A stretch of 64,000 bases of DNA from positions 253,568-317,567 of the forward strand of contig CAZLEV010000001.1 of NCBI GenBank assembly GCA_964558645.1, in the 5' to 3' direction. The stretch is from an uncultured archaeon. GTDB taxonomy: Archaea > Asgardarchaeota > Thorarchaeia > Thorarchaeales > Thorarchaeaceae. Shown piece by piece: positions 39,360 to 50,411 of the stretch (position 1 is its first letter; every line of letters starts with the position of its first letter). Below the pieces are notes generated by a model, which was not told the DNA's origin, ran no database searches, and saw only the letters and a program-made list of their open reading frames with translations. The translations under genes and the position numbers were made by a program.

Positions 39360-40070
39360 ATGAGAGATTCTATCGATCAACGCGAGATTGTGAAGTACAC
39401 CGGTAGGACACGGACATCCCAGACTGAACTGCTGGCACGTGAGACCCTTGTGGAGGTTTTCTTGGAGGGACATTCTATTGATCTCTTGCAGTGCAGTCCA
39501 GGTCAAGAAGAAGAACTCGCTCGTGGGCATCTCTATGCAAAAGGCTTGCTCAGAAACCCTGTCACTCCTGCAGAGATTCGGATAGCCCCTGATAGAATCA
39601 CTGTAAGCTTTCTTTCGTCTCTTGCCGGCGCAGAGAACTCTTCCCCCGACGACTCGCACGAATATCATCTGGATACGGACTTGATATATTTGAAGCTGGC
39701 CGAACTCGAGGGCTCTCAGTCAACATTCAAGAAGACAGGAGCTACTCATGCCTCGCTGTGCCAATCCATCGATTCCTCCGAGTGCTACTTCGCGGAAGAC
39801 ATCAGTAGACATAACGCCATGAGTAAGGCGATCGGTGCCGCACTGATCGACGGCGTATTCCCAGATGCGTGCCTTCTTTTGACGACAGGCCGGTTAACAG
39901 GATCACTTGTTCACAGCTGCTCCTATGCCAATCTCGCTGCTGTGGCTTCAAAAGCAGTCGCCACAACAGAGGGAATATCAAAGGCACGGGATGCGGATCT
40001 CACCTTGTTAGGTTCTTTGAGTTCGTCTGGGTTCTGGCTGTATCACGAGGGAACAACCAAGATTGTCTGA
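39360..40070 (+). CDS. fdhD: FdhD/NarQ family formate dehydrogenase accessory protein
   Basis: ELARGHL, TGATH, EDISRHNA, TGR. Confidence 0.85.
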   Translation: MRDSIDQREIVKYTGRTRTSQTELLARETLVEVFLEGHSIDLLQCSPGQEEELARGHLYAKGLLRNPVTPAEIRIAPDRITVSFLSSLAGAENSSPDDSHEYHLDTDLIYLKLAELEGSQSTFKKTGATHASLCQSIDSSECYFAEDISRHNAMSKAIGAALIDGVFPDACLLLTTGRLTGSLVHSCSYANLAAVASKAVATTEGISKARDADLTLLGSLSSSGFWLYHEGTTKIV

Positions 40071-40073
40071 TGA

Positions 40074-40943
40074 CTAGAACTGCGTAAGAGCTCCTTTTGA
40101 TCTGACATACTTTTCGGTTCTCTTGAACAAGGCCATTCCTATCAGCAGGTACACCGAGTCGAGAATCAACAGAGCAACCACAGCTTGCCCTACTGCAGGC
40201 CCAGCTAGCCCGAATATCAGGAAGTTCCTGAAGGCGTCCACTGACCATGTCAATGGCGAAGCGGCAGAAAGATACTGGATGATGGGTGGAAAGACGGCTA
40301 GAGGATATGCCATCGGAGCTAGCAGGGTGAGTCCACCTGCTAGGAACTCTATCACCATCCAGCCCTGTTTGGCTAGGAGCACAACACAGACCAGTGTAAG
40401 CACGATTCCCTGCATACCGATGACCATGAGCGAGATGATGGCAAGTGCTGGAAGGATACCCCAGACATTTAGGGATACACCAAAGAGCAGCATTGAGCCT
40501 ACCAGCTGCAGTATCACTCCAAGACCGCCGTGCTGGATGTTGTGCAGCAAAGCTCCCAATACAAGGGTGTTCTTCTTGATGGGTGTTGTCATGAGGGTTT
40601 CAAGGGTGCCCGCATTCTGTTCTCGTCTGAATGAATTGGCGGTGCCCCACATGAGACTCATCGTGAGCCCCAGAACTGCAGTCCCTATGGCTACATAACT
40701 CACCCAGTCTGAAGTTCCCACAAGACTCTCAAGGTTCACCGATTCAGGTCCTCCGCTAACCGCATTGCCCGCAAGCAACATGGGAATCAGCCAGATAAAG
40801 GGCATGGCGATGAACCAGAGCACACTGAGCGGGTAGCTCAGTTCGACCCTCCAGATTCTCACTGCAATGGCCTGAGCAGCTTGGAGTTCAGACCTGAGCC
40901 CTTCCCGCTTCTGCAACTCCTGATTCATGTCACTCTGTGCCAT
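40074..40943 (-). CDS. ABC-2 type permease
   Basis: REQNAGTLE; YP; PLTW. Confidence 0.9.
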   Translation of the reverse strand: MAQSDMNQELQKREGLRSELQAAQAIAVRIWRVELSYPLSVLWFIAMPFIWLIPMLLAGNAVSGGPESVNLESLVGTSDWVSYVAIGTAVLGLTMSLMWGTANSFRREQNAGTLETLMTTPIKKNTLVLGALLHNIQHGGLGVILQLVGSMLLFGVSLNVWGILPALAIISLMVIGMQGIVLTLVCVVLLAKQGWMVIEFLAGGLTLLAPMAYPLAVFPPIIQYLSAASPLTWSVDAFRNFLIFGLAGPAVGQAVVALLILDSVYLLIGMALFKRTEKYVRSKGALTQF

Positions 40944-41819
40944 CTAGAAGCCTCCCATGCTCCCGCGTTTCTTTGTCCACCTCTCTGCGTATCTGAAACA
41001 TAAGAGACCCATGATCCAGAAGGCGAAGATCAGTAATGCCAGTCCACCTAGGGTGTAGAGGAATGAGACAGTTTCGAGGGCTCCACCAATCGCCAGCTCC
41101 CGTATTGTCATGATTGCGATTGTTGCTGGCAGGGCATAAGCCACCATCTGAGCAGCACGGGGCAGGACCTGAATCGGATAGCTCACCGGCGAGAGAGCGA
41201 ATACGACATTGTCAATCAGTTCTGTGAGGACGCTGGGGTCCTTGAAGACAATGATGAGACCTGCAATCATGAATCCGAAACCGAAGAGGGCGACGACCAT
41301 CATCATGAGAATCAGTATGATGGGGCCAATGGTTGTGAGGGCATAGCCTACTCCAAATACGACACATGATGTTCCCAGCATGATGAGTGCTGACATCGAT
41401 GTTGAAACAGTATCGCTGATGGCAGCCCCGATGAGTATACTCGTTCTTGGAACGGGGGCGACAAAGAGCGGCTCAAGGGTGCCACTGAACTGCTCCCAGC
41501 GGAAGTTCTGGCCTATCGACCAAATCGTTGTATCAACATAGGTGTAGACGAACCAACCGATGACTGCAAAGGCAATGAAATCCTCGAAGCCCGAGATCTC
41601 TGTGAAGTGCATACTGGCGGTTCCTCCAATAGCGGTCATCATGAGGAGGTACGGTGCGAACCACATCAAAGGGAGGAAAGCCCATGCGAGTATATTGGCG
41701 GGGTATCGCATTGCGATTCGGAGGTTCTTCTCAGCAAAGACCCGTACAGCGTTCCAGTCGATGATGCAGGGTCTGAATTCCATCGCTTCCGACGAAGCAC
41801 TAGAAAACGATTCTTCCAT
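40944..41819 (-). CDS. ABC-2 type permease
   Basis: EQFSGTLE; YPIQVLP. Confidence 0.9.
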   Translation of the reverse strand: MEESFSSASSEAMEFRPCIIDWNAVRVFAEKNLRIAMRYPANILAWAFLPLMWFAPYLLMMTAIGGTASMHFTEISGFEDFIAFAVIGWFVYTYVDTTIWSIGQNFRWEQFSGTLEPLFVAPVPRTSILIGAAISDTVSTSMSALIMLGTSCVVFGVGYALTTIGPIILILMMMVVALFGFGFMIAGLIIVFKDPSVLTELIDNVVFALSPVSYPIQVLPRAAQMVAYALPATIAIMTIRELAIGGALETVSFLYTLGGLALLIFAFWIMGLLCFRYAERWTKKRGSMGGF

Positions 41820-42811
41820 CAGTCCTCGATCCTCCTTCCGGTAAGCTTCAAGAACACATCGTCTAGGGTCGGTTCTTTCACTTCGAAGTGCTCAACCTTC
41901 AGGCTTTGGTCCTCATGAAGCAAGTTCAGTATTCTGTGTGCAAGATCGTAACCATCTTGTGCAGTGACGACGAGTTCTGAGTATCCGTTCCTGGATGTCT
42001 TTGAAGCCGACATAACTTCTGACATTGCCCTGATCGGCTCGATGTCGGGCACGCCCACTACTCGAATGTGGAGGCTATCGTAGTTCCTCACATCCTCCTT
42101 CAGCTCATGAGGTGTGCCCAGGCTCTTTATTTCTCCCTCGTTAATCAGAGCAATCTTGTCACACAGCATGTCTGCTTCGTGCATATAATGCGTTGTCAGA
42201 AGAATCGTCTTATGGCAGAGCTCTCGCTTGATGTGGTTTCTCAAGTCGGTGGCAAAGGTTGGATCAAGACCTTGCGTCGGTTCATCCAAGAGCAGAACTG
42301 GAGGGTCATGTAGCAGAGCACGAGCAAAGACGATCTTCATGCGCATACCATGACTGAGTGCTTCCGCTTTCTCGTCTGCCTTCTCTAATAGCCCCATCAT
42401 TCCCAGTAGTTCGTCTGCCCGTTCCTTTGCCTCGCTCTTTGTCATGCGGTAGAGCTTCCCAAAGAACACTAAGTTCTCTCTGGCCGAAAGCTTCCAGTAG
42501 ATGCTCCGTTCATTGCCCTGACATACTCCGATGACCGCACGAACGTATTCTGGCTGTTGCAGTATGTCGTAATTCATTATGCGTGCTGTGCCTGAGGTGG
42601 GTAGGACGAGCGTCGCCAGTGTCTTCACTAGTGTAGTCTTGCCTGCTCCATTCGGACCTAGGAGACCGTAGACTCTATTACGCGGAATATCCAATGAGAC
42701 AGACCTGAGCGCATCCACCTCTTTCTTTGAAGTGGGAATTACCACTGCTCTTCTTCTGATTGACACGAATGTCTTCGATAGGTTATCTACTTCTACACTA
42801 AGATTATTCAA
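41819..42811 (-). CDS. ABC transporter ATP-binding protein (DrrA-like)
   Basis: GPNGAGKT, LSHGM, LLLDEPT, TTHYM; TTG start after GGAGG inferred. Confidence 0.95.
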   Translation of the reverse strand: MNNLSVEVDNLSKTFVSIRRRAVVIPTSKKEVDALRSVSLDIPRNRVYGLLGPNGAGKTTLVKTLATLVLPTSGTARIMNYDILQQPEYVRAVIGVCQGNERSIYWKLSARENLVFFGKLYRMTKSEAKERADELLGMMGLLEKADEKAEALSHGMRMKIVFARALLHDPPVLLLDEPTQGLDPTFATDLRNHIKRELCHKTILLTTHYMHEADMLCDKIALINEGEIKSLGTPHELKEDVRNYDSLHIRVVGVPDIEPIRAMSEVMSASKTSRNGYSELVVTAQDGYDLAHRILNLLHEDQSLKVEHFEVKEPTLDDVFLKLTGRRIED

Positions 42812-43049
42812 TTCGGCATTCCCTCCATGGTGTAATGGAGTTTGACTTTCAAATAACTCAGAACTAACAGGCCCGATCTCGCCCCAGAATAAGACTATTC
42901 CCGGGTATCTCATGCCGGGCCATTTCAGAGAATAATATATTCGTCCGACATGCTGGCCACCATTCTGGTGAGCATTGCAATCTGATATAAGAATTTCCAC
43001 ACACGCGATATATAAGAGATAGTTCATTCTTCATGAGATATGATGTCTC

Positions 43050-43412
43050 ATGGTGAACTACAGACGAGTTGGCATATCGGTTGCGTTTGGTTCGATTCTA
43101 GGAGTACTCTGCATAGTCGGAGTAGGCTCGAGGATTCCAGGTGGCTATCTGGGAAACATGATCTATCTCATTGGTATGTGGTATAATCGATTGATAATGG
43201 GCATGCTCATTGGGTTTGTTGATGATGTTGTGTTGATTGGCGAAAGGGAAGACCTTGGCAATTCGTTAGTTCGGGGTCTCATATTCGGATTCCTTGTATC
43301 AAGTGCCATTTTCCTCTCAACAGAGTTTCGTGATTTGCCAAGTCTCTTTGCTGGATTCGCCTACGGCGTTATTATCGATGCAGTTGCGACCCGGCTGACA
43401 GTAACTGCGTAG
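43050..43412 (+). CDS. Small membrane protein
   Basis: Four Gly-rich hydrophobic segments. Confidence 0.75.
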   Translation: MVNYRRVGISVAFGSILGVLCIVGVGSRIPGGYLGNMIYLIGMWYNRLIMGMLIGFVDDVVLIGEREDLGNSLVRGLIFGFLVSSAIFLSTEFRDLPSLFAGFAYGVIIDAVATRLTVTA

Positions 43413-43456
43413 TAGAATCTTCATCTCGCACACGGTACGTATCGATAATGTATTAG

Positions 43457-44383
43457 GTGACCAATCACGACGACACCAGTATCATGCAGTTAGTTCCTGA
43501 AGTGATCATCGGTGCGCTGGCTGGGCTACTTGGTTCAGCTCTCTATGCCGGCTCTGTAGTCATCTATCGCTCTCAGGCTGAGGAGATACCTGCATTAGTT
43601 GTAAGCGCAACAAAGATGTTTGTCGCTCTTCCTTTCATGACTATTCTCATTCTCTTTGGGTTCGGCCCTGCGCTCTTTGCCCTCCCCGCTGAGACTGTGT
43701 TCTTCCTTGCTATGTCCATTATCTTAGGTGCAGTCATCGGTGATACCCTCTATCTGATCAGTCAGGAACGGATAGGTGTATCCTACGCCTTCCCCATTGC
43801 GATGTCTTTTCCTATCTTGACATACTTCTTCGCAATGATTCTACTGGGCGAGTCATTCCTGTTCTTCAGGCTTATTGGGGTCTTCATCTCTGTCGCTGGT
43901 GTGGTCACAATCTCGCGGGAACGTCATACGACTGATGACGATACGATGAAACCATTCGATTTCCTTGGCGTGGGCCTGGCCTTGACTACGGCTGTCCTCT
44001 ACGCAGCTGGGGCAATCATACTACAAGTCGGTGTAGCCGATGCCGACCCAGTCACCACGAACTTTGTCCGTGTGTTGTTCGGTTCCATAGCTTTTGTTCC
44101 GATGCTGGGGGCTGCATTTGGAAAAGGCATGAAACGACCGACAAAAGGTGCGCTGAAGGCGGTCGCAGTGGCCGGTTTCTTTGGCATGGCTATCGGTTCG
44201 CTCCTGTATGTGACATCGGTCAAGTTCGCAGGCGCCACGATTACTTCTGTTGTTGCATCAACCGCTCCGCTCTTTGCTGTTCCCATCTCAGTATTCTATC
44301 TAAAGGAAGAAGTTACAAAGCGAGCTCTCTGGGGTATTGTGATGACAGTACTGGGGGTTGTTCTCGTAGTAACGGGGATGTAA
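43457..44383 (+). CDS. EamA/DMT transporter
   Basis: Two repeats of five TM segments. Confidence 0.9.
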   Translation: MTNHDDTSIMQLVPEVIIGALAGLLGSALYAGSVVIYRSQAEEIPALVVSATKMFVALPFMTILILFGFGPALFALPAETVFFLAMSIILGAVIGDTLYLISQERIGVSYAFPIAMSFPILTYFFAMILLGESFLFFRLIGVFISVAGVVTISRERHTTDDDTMKPFDFLGVGLALTTAVLYAAGAIILQVGVADADPVTTNFVRVLFGSIAFVPMLGAAFGKGMKRPTKGALKAVAVAGFFGMAIGSLLYVTSVKFAGATITSVVASTAPLFAVPISVFYLKEEVTKRALWGIVMTVLGVVLVVTGM

Positions 44384-44432
44384 TGTCTGTGATGCCCGAG
44401 ATGCTCTTCAAAGGATAGTGCCATTCGTTCAT

Positions 44433-47078
44433 CTAGTTAAGAACTGGAATGCGGATGAGGAATCTTGCCCCCTCATCAGGCTTGCCTTCAACCCTGTCCT
44501 CGACCTCTATTCGCCCCTCGTACTTTTCAGCAATCTGATTGGCCTGATGTAGGCCTAATCCGCCAAATCTCCTTGCATTGTTCAGTAGGCTTTCTTTTAC
44601 AGAAGCACTAATACCAGGCCCGTTATCGGCTATGCTAACGACGAACTCCTCGCCTTCTTTCTCTAGGTTGACCCAGACTTTCTTAGAGGGTTTCGGATTA
44701 TGTTCCACAGCGTTGGTCAGGATGTTAGTGATGAGTAGCTCAAGATACCCGTCCGCTAGAATCGGGGCCTCATCGACACTGTATTCTGTCTTGAATTCTA
44801 CATCACTGATTCTGCCAGACAGAGCTCTGATACACTCGGAGAGCGAGTCTTTGAGGTCTCTTTGGGTCAAGGGCATACCCATGAGTTGCTCGGTGGCACG
44901 AACGTCTTCAATCATCCGAGAGCATCTCTGTACCGACTCGCCAATTACCTCTAGCAGAGAGTCCTTAATCTTGTCATCTGTTGCGGTTCTGAGTAACGCT
45001 GCACTACTCATGACTACCTGCATCTGGTTTCGGATGTCGTGGCTCATCAAATCGAGATAGAGATCTGCACGACTCTCAGCTGACCTGATATCTCTCTCAG
45101 CGTCTTTCTTTTCTGTCACATCGACAAGCACAGTCTGGATGGCTGGCTTTCCGTCATATTCTATCTGCCCCGCGAAACTCTCAACCCATCTCATGGAGCC
45201 ATCCTTGTGGATGAGTCGGTATTCGTACCGAGGCACGACCGGTCTTCCCGCTTGTCTGTCTTCGATTCTCTGTTTGAGGACCTCTTGATCATCTGGATGA
45301 AACAGATTCCAGACTTCGTCGAGCTTCATTTCGAGAAGATCTTCAACGGGATAGCCTACCATCTCAGCAAATGCACTGTTGACATAGGCAAGTCCATCAT
45401 CTGTAAGAATTGTCAGTCCCTGCAGGCTATGCTCCGCGAGACTCCTATACTTCTGTTCCGACTTGCGTATGGCTTTATCTTGTTCCCAGCGATCGGTGAC
45501 ATCCTGATATGTACCAAGGATACCAACGACATTGCCCTCATCGTCGTGAAGGGGAACCTTGTTGGTTTCGAGTTTTCTTTCAGAACCGTCTGCAAAATGT
45601 GCAGACTCGATAATTCCAATCTCAGGAGAGTCTGTTTCCATCACTCTCTTGTCGACTTCCCGGAAGAACTCGACCTCCTCCCGAGTCCAAGCAAGGTCAT
45701 GGTCCGTCTTCCCGATAATCTCTTGAGGCGAGGCGACTCCTGCGGCTCTAGCAAAATTCTCGTTGCATCCGAGATATACTCCATTTCGGTCTTTCCAGAA
45801 TACATTCTGTGGAATATTGTCAAGTATGGTCTTGAGCATTTCTTGAGACTCACGAAGCTGACGCTCGGCCTTCTTCCTCTCGGTGACATCTATGACGAGG
45901 ATCTGGGTAGCCGTCCTCCCTTCGTAGTTAATTTGACTGGAGAAGGCCTCAACCCACCGGATCTCTCCATTGGGCCTAACAAATCGATACTGATACGGTG
46001 AGGGGGTCGGTTCACCCCTTTCGCGTTTTTCTGCAAGTTCAAGGATGTATGCCTTGTCTTCAGAGTGAATCATGTCCCATGCTTCTTCCGTGGCCATATT
46101 CATAATGTCTTCTGGAGCCCGTCCTACAATCTCTCCAAAGGCGGGATTCACGTATGCATATCGCTTGTCCTGTATGATTGTGAGACCCTGAAGGCTCTCC
46201 TCAGCCAGGGTTCTGTATTTCTTCTCCGTCTTTCTGAGTTCTCTCTCAGTTTCCTTGAGTTCGGTGATGTCCGTTAGAACTCCAAAGGTGCCCACAAACT
46301 TGTCTTGCTCATCTCGGAGCTCGCGAGGAGTCACCAACATATGGATTGTATCACCGCTCTTAGAGATCATCTTGACCTCGAAGCGTTCGATCTTGCCGGT
46401 TCGGCGGCGGCGAATATACTCTTGAACTTCTTTGTGTTGACTTGGCTCTACGAACTCCAAGATATGATGCCCTATCACTTCCTCCTCTTGATAGCCTAGA
46501 ATCTCATAGAACCGGTCATTCACATATTCGATAACGTATTCTTCATCACCCTGGATTACAGCCTCATTCATGGTATCTATGAGGTGCTTGTATCTCCTCT
46601 CGCTCTCACGTATCATCTTCTGGGCTTTGCGGTATCCTGTGATGTCGGTTATGACTGCGTAGCTGCCATAGTAGTTTCCATCCCAGTCCAAGATTGGAGT
46701 TGCAGACACAATTGTAGGCACTCTCTCGCCAGTCCAGTGAAGCCATGCAAGTTCGTATTGTGAAGAAACACCTCGTCGGCGCTTTTCTTCTATCTCCTTG
46801 ACCTTCTTCCACTCTTCTTCAGGAAGGAATGATTTGAGTGACTTGCCCTTTATATCGCCCGCTGGGTGGCCAATGAGCTCAACAAAGCTCCGGTTGACAT
46901 ATGTGATCTCTTCTTTTTCATCTACCACTACAAAAGCATCGTTCATGAGATCAACAAGATCCTGAAATGGTATTATCCGTCCCCCGACTCTCACTGAGGA
47001 TCTTCCGCTTTCAGCATCTTCGAATCTCTTCTCCAATTTGCTCTCACCTAGAGGGTCCCGTGATTCCTTCTGGCTCAC
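44433..47078 (-). CDS. Multi-PAS (about 5) histidine kinase
   Basis: Repeated DITE/DVTE linkers; HDIRN; NILTNA; DNGPGI. Confidence 0.95.
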   Translation of the reverse strand: MSQKESRDPLGESKLEKRFEDAESGRSSVRVGGRIIPFQDLVDLMNDAFVVVDEKEEITYVNRSFVELIGHPAGDIKGKSLKSFLPEEEWKKVKEIEEKRRRGVSSQYELAWLHWTGERVPTIVSATPILDWDGNYYGSYAVITDITGYRKAQKMIRESERRYKHLIDTMNEAVIQGDEEYVIEYVNDRFYEILGYQEEEVIGHHILEFVEPSQHKEVQEYIRRRRTGKIERFEVKMISKSGDTIHMLVTPRELRDEQDKFVGTFGVLTDITELKETERELRKTEKKYRTLAEESLQGLTIIQDKRYAYVNPAFGEIVGRAPEDIMNMATEEAWDMIHSEDKAYILELAEKRERGEPTPSPYQYRFVRPNGEIRWVEAFSSQINYEGRTATQILVIDVTERKKAERQLRESQEMLKTILDNIPQNVFWKDRNGVYLGCNENFARAAGVASPQEIIGKTDHDLAWTREEVEFFREVDKRVMETDSPEIGIIESAHFADGSERKLETNKVPLHDDEGNVVGILGTYQDVTDRWEQDKAIRKSEQKYRSLAEHSLQGLTILTDDGLAYVNSAFAEMVGYPVEDLLEMKLDEVWNLFHPDDQEVLKQRIEDRQAGRPVVPRYEYRLIHKDGSMRWVESFAGQIEYDGKPAIQTVLVDVTEKKDAERDIRSAESRADLYLDLMSHDIRNQMQVVMSSAALLRTATDDKIKDSLLEVIGESVQRCSRMIEDVRATEQLMGMPLTQRDLKDSLSECIRALSGRISDVEFKTEYSVDEAPILADGYLELLITNILTNAVEHNPKPSKKVWVNLEKEGEEFVVSIADNGPGISASVKESLLNNARRFGGLGLHQANQIAEKYEGRIEVEDRVEGKPDEGARFLIRIPVLN

Positions 47079-47246
47079 AGTCTGTATGAGAGATAGGTGG
47101 AAGAATGCCTTATTTTCACTTGTGGTTATGTCCCGGTTGGGGCACGTTTCATCGGAGTGACTCTTTGACTCTCAGCCCCGAAGACCCACAATCTTTTCAG
47201 TCTCTTTTCCTTCACTCCTTTTCGAGTATTCTGGGAGTCGATGTGA

Positions 47247-48785
47247 TTGGAAGACAAGGACTGGTCATGGGTCGGCAATCTGTGCGGGCGGCGTTCGCAG
47301 TTAACTCCCGAGAGAGAAGCAGTTTATGACAATATTACTAAGAAGCGACATACCTTTGCAGAGCTCGACGAGAGGGCTAACCGACTCTCTCATGTGATTC
47401 AAGAGCGCGGAGTCTCAAAAGGTGACCGCGTGGCTTTGTATTCGAAGAACCGTCTGGAGATGCTTGACTTCTTCTTTGCCTGCGGGAAGATTGGAGCCAT
47501 TATGGTCCCATTCAACGTACGCTTGGCAAGACGAGAGGTCGACTATCTGATTGACAAGACTGACCCAACGATGGTAGTTTATGATCCTGATTTGGGGGAG
47601 CATTTCAACAAAATACGCCCTGGATTCGGTAAGCGCAATGTGCTGGTGATGGGTGATACCGCCATCGACGATGACTTATCTACAGAGGAGCTTATGATGG
47701 AAGCGTCAGCTGATGCTATTGACCGTCCAAAGGTCCTCTTTGAGGATCCTCATCTCATCGTCTTCACTGGGGGCACTACAGGTCTCCCGAAGGGAGCAGT
47801 CTTATCTCATAGAGGAATCTTCTGGAACTCGGTCAACACCATAGTCTCTTGGGGGCTGCGGCCCGACGACGTTCAACCACTATTGTTTCCGTTGTTTCAT
47901 ACTGGTGGATGGAATGTGCTGCTCGTACCGTTCTATCATCTGGGAGCGAAGACAGTACTCATGGGGGACTTCGATCCATCTGAGACTCTACAGATAATCG
48001 AGCAGGAGAAGTGCACCATCGTTATAGGAGTGCCTACCATGTTTCAGATGATTGCTCAAGACGACATGTTTGAGTCCACAGATTTTGATACTGTAAGGGT
48101 CTTTATCAGCGGAGGGGCTCCCTGTCCGATTGCCATCATGGAGAACTACTGGAATCGGGGCAAGCCTTTCAAGATGGGATACGGTCTCACTGAATGTGGT
48201 CCGAATAATTTCTATCTGCCAATCCCTGACATCAAACGCAAGCCGAACTCAGTAGGGTATCCAGTCATCCACTGCGACATGAGAATAGTTGATGACAAGG
48301 GTAGGGACGTTTCGCAGGGCGATGTTGGAGAGCTGCTTCTCAAAGGTCCCCATGTCTTCAACGGCTATTGGGATGATCCTGAAGAGACTGACGAGGTCTT
48401 AGAATCTGACGGATGGCTCCACACGGGTGATCTTGCTCAGATGGATGACGAGGGATTCTACTACATAGTGGGACGCAAGAAAGACATGTTCATATCAGGC
48501 GGAGAGAATGTCTTTCCAACTGAGATAGAAGAGCTATTGTACAAGCATCCTGCAATCCTCGAAGCCGCTGTGATTGGAGTACCAGATGACAAATGGGGTG
48601 AGGTTGGGAAGGCATTCGTTTCATTGAAGAAGGGCCACGAACTGACTGAAGACGCCATTCATGGATTCTTAGATGGCAAGCTTGCGCGATACAAGATACC
48701 CAAGTACTATGAGATTCGAGAGAGTCTACCTAAGAGCGGAGCAGGCAAGATACTGAAGCGCGAACTGAAGGAGGAGCAAAGATGA
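47247..48785 (+). CDS. Acyl-CoA synthetase (long-chain/MenE-like)
   Basis: FTGGTTGLPKG, GYGLTE, TGD, GGENV, GK. Confidence 0.95.
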   Translation: MEDKDWSWVGNLCGRRSQLTPEREAVYDNITKKRHTFAELDERANRLSHVIQERGVSKGDRVALYSKNRLEMLDFFFACGKIGAIMVPFNVRLARREVDYLIDKTDPTMVVYDPDLGEHFNKIRPGFGKRNVLVMGDTAIDDDLSTEELMMEASADAIDRPKVLFEDPHLIVFTGGTTGLPKGAVLSHRGIFWNSVNTIVSWGLRPDDVQPLLFPLFHTGGWNVLLVPFYHLGAKTVLMGDFDPSETLQIIEQEKCTIVIGVPTMFQMIAQDDMFESTDFDTVRVFISGGAPCPIAIMENYWNRGKPFKMGYGLTECGPNNFYLPIPDIKRKPNSVGYPVIHCDMRIVDDKGRDVSQGDVGELLLKGPHVFNGYWDDPEETDEVLESDGWLHTGDLAQMDDEGFYYIVGRKKDMFISGGENVFPTEIEELLYKHPAILEAAVIGVPDDKWGEVGKAFVSLKKGHELTEDAIHGFLDGKLARYKIPKYYEIRESLPKSGAGKILKRELKEEQR

Positions 48786-49801
48786 GAATAGGCATCGAGG
48801 CAATAGGGGTCTACATCCCACCTGAGCGTCATACGGCAGAGTATATCTCTGAGCAGTCAGGAACGCCACTGGAGGTCATGAGGACTAAGATTGGCTTGAA
48901 GAGCAAGGCCGTTCCGGGACCGGGCGACCACACAGTTGCAATGGGAGTAAAGGCTTCCAAGATTGCAATAGAGCGGGCAGGCATAGACCCGGCCGAAGAC
49001 ATCGATCTTGTGATCTGGGCGGGGGAGGTCTATGCAGAACACCCCATGCAGACTTATGGAATCAAACTTCAAAACGACGTCGGAGCCGCCAGAGCTTGGG
49101 CATTCGACATCAACCAGCGCTGCGGAACTGTTGTAGTTGGAATGATTCTGGCGAAGTCGCTGATTGAAACTCAGGGATATGAGCGGGTCCTCATCGCGAG
49201 TGGCTACAGAAACTGCGACCTCATAGACTACTCCAACATCCGTACACGCTTCATGCATGATCTTGCTGCGAGTGGTGTTGCGATGATTCTCAAGGCCAAC
49301 CATTCTAGTAACGTGGTTTTGGAGGGGTCCGTTATCTCTGACGGCCGCTTCTCGGAATACGTCTATGTTCCTGCAGGAGGGACAGTCATGCCGATGACAT
49401 GTGAAGCGCTCGAGAAGCGGTTGCAGTATTTGGATGTGACAGATCCAGAAGCCCTGAAAGAGGGCCTAGATGCCCTATCCATGGAGAACTTTCTCAAGGT
49501 AGTTGACGACTCGCTAGAGAAGAGTGGATACAGACGCGAAGATATAGACTATCTTGGACTCATACGCATGAAGCGCAGCGCTTTCGAGTATGTAGCCAAG
49601 GAGCTAGGCGTCGACCCATACAAGCAGAGTTCGTATTTTGACGAGTACGGTCACATGGGACAGAACGACGCGATTGTTTCTATCGAGGATGGGTTACGAG
49701 ATGGAAAGATCAAAGAGGGCGACCTTGTTGTTCTTACAGCTGCAGGAATCGGCTGGGCTTGGAACGCTATCACTGTGAAATGGGGTCCTTGGGAGGAGTG
49801 A
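48782..49801 (+). CDS. FabH-like ketoacyl synthase III family protein
   Basis: FDINQRCG, YGHMGQ, AAGIGWAW. Confidence 0.88.
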   Translation: MRIGIEAIGVYIPPERHTAEYISEQSGTPLEVMRTKIGLKSKAVPGPGDHTVAMGVKASKIAIERAGIDPAEDIDLVIWAGEVYAEHPMQTYGIKLQNDVGAARAWAFDINQRCGTVVVGMILAKSLIETQGYERVLIASGYRNCDLIDYSNIRTRFMHDLAASGVAMILKANHSSNVVLEGSVISDGRFSEYVYVPAGGTVMPMTCEALEKRLQYLDVTDPEALKEGLDALSMENFLKVVDDSLEKSGYRREDIDYLGLIRMKRSAFEYVAKELGVDPYKQSSYFDEYGHMGQNDAIVSIEDGLRDGKIKEGDLVVLTAAGIGWAWNAITVKWGPWEE

Positions 49802-49806
49802 AGAAG

Positions 49807-50238
49807 ATGAACGATATTGAGATGACTAAGTATGAAGACTTGAAGATTGGGGATTCAGCCAGCATCACACATACAATCACCGAGGATGATATCGAGACCT
49901 TTGGTGATCTGAGCGGCGATTACAATCCGCTGCACTTCAATGAGGAATGGGCCAAGACGACCATGTTCAAGGGACGTATAGCTCATGGTATCCTGACTGC
50001 AGCGTATATCAGTGCAGTCATTGGCATGAAGCTCCCTGGTCCTGGCACAATATACCTGTCGCAGTCTATGAGATTTAGACGCCCGGTTCGGATTGGAGAT
50101 ACTATCAAAGCAACCGTTGACGTGAAGGAGAAGGATGACGAGAAGGAACGCATCACTCTGGGAACCATTGTCACGAATCAAGATGGCGAAACTGTGCTTC
50201 AGGGCGAAGCACTCATCATGCTGATGAAACACGAGTAG
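49807..50238 (+). CDS. MaoC/PhaJ (R)-specific enoyl-CoA hydratase
   Basis: SGDYNPLH...AHG...PGPG. Confidence 0.93.
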   Translation: MNDIEMTKYEDLKIGDSASITHTITEDDIETFGDLSGDYNPLHFNEEWAKTTMFKGRIAHGILTAAYISAVIGMKLPGPGTIYLSQSMRFRRPVRIGDTIKATVDVKEKDDEKERITLGTIVTNQDGETVLQGEALIMLMKHE

Positions 50239-50411
50239 TTCAAACCATTGTCGAGTCCCCCGAACTCTGCGGCTGTCTATAGACGCCATCTATGAAACAT
50301 CGCGAGTGCCTGAATAGCTTCTGCGATGGCCTTTCCAAAGATTGATAGAGTTTGTTACCTGAATGCACTTAAGCACCAAAGACTATTGGCTGAAGCTGGA
50401 GAGAGCGTCTG

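Noticed and set aside
41819-43027. 402-aa version of the ABC ATPase
   Set aside because: The N-terminal ~70 aa cover the divergent promoter region; TTG 42811 has a GGAGG RBS
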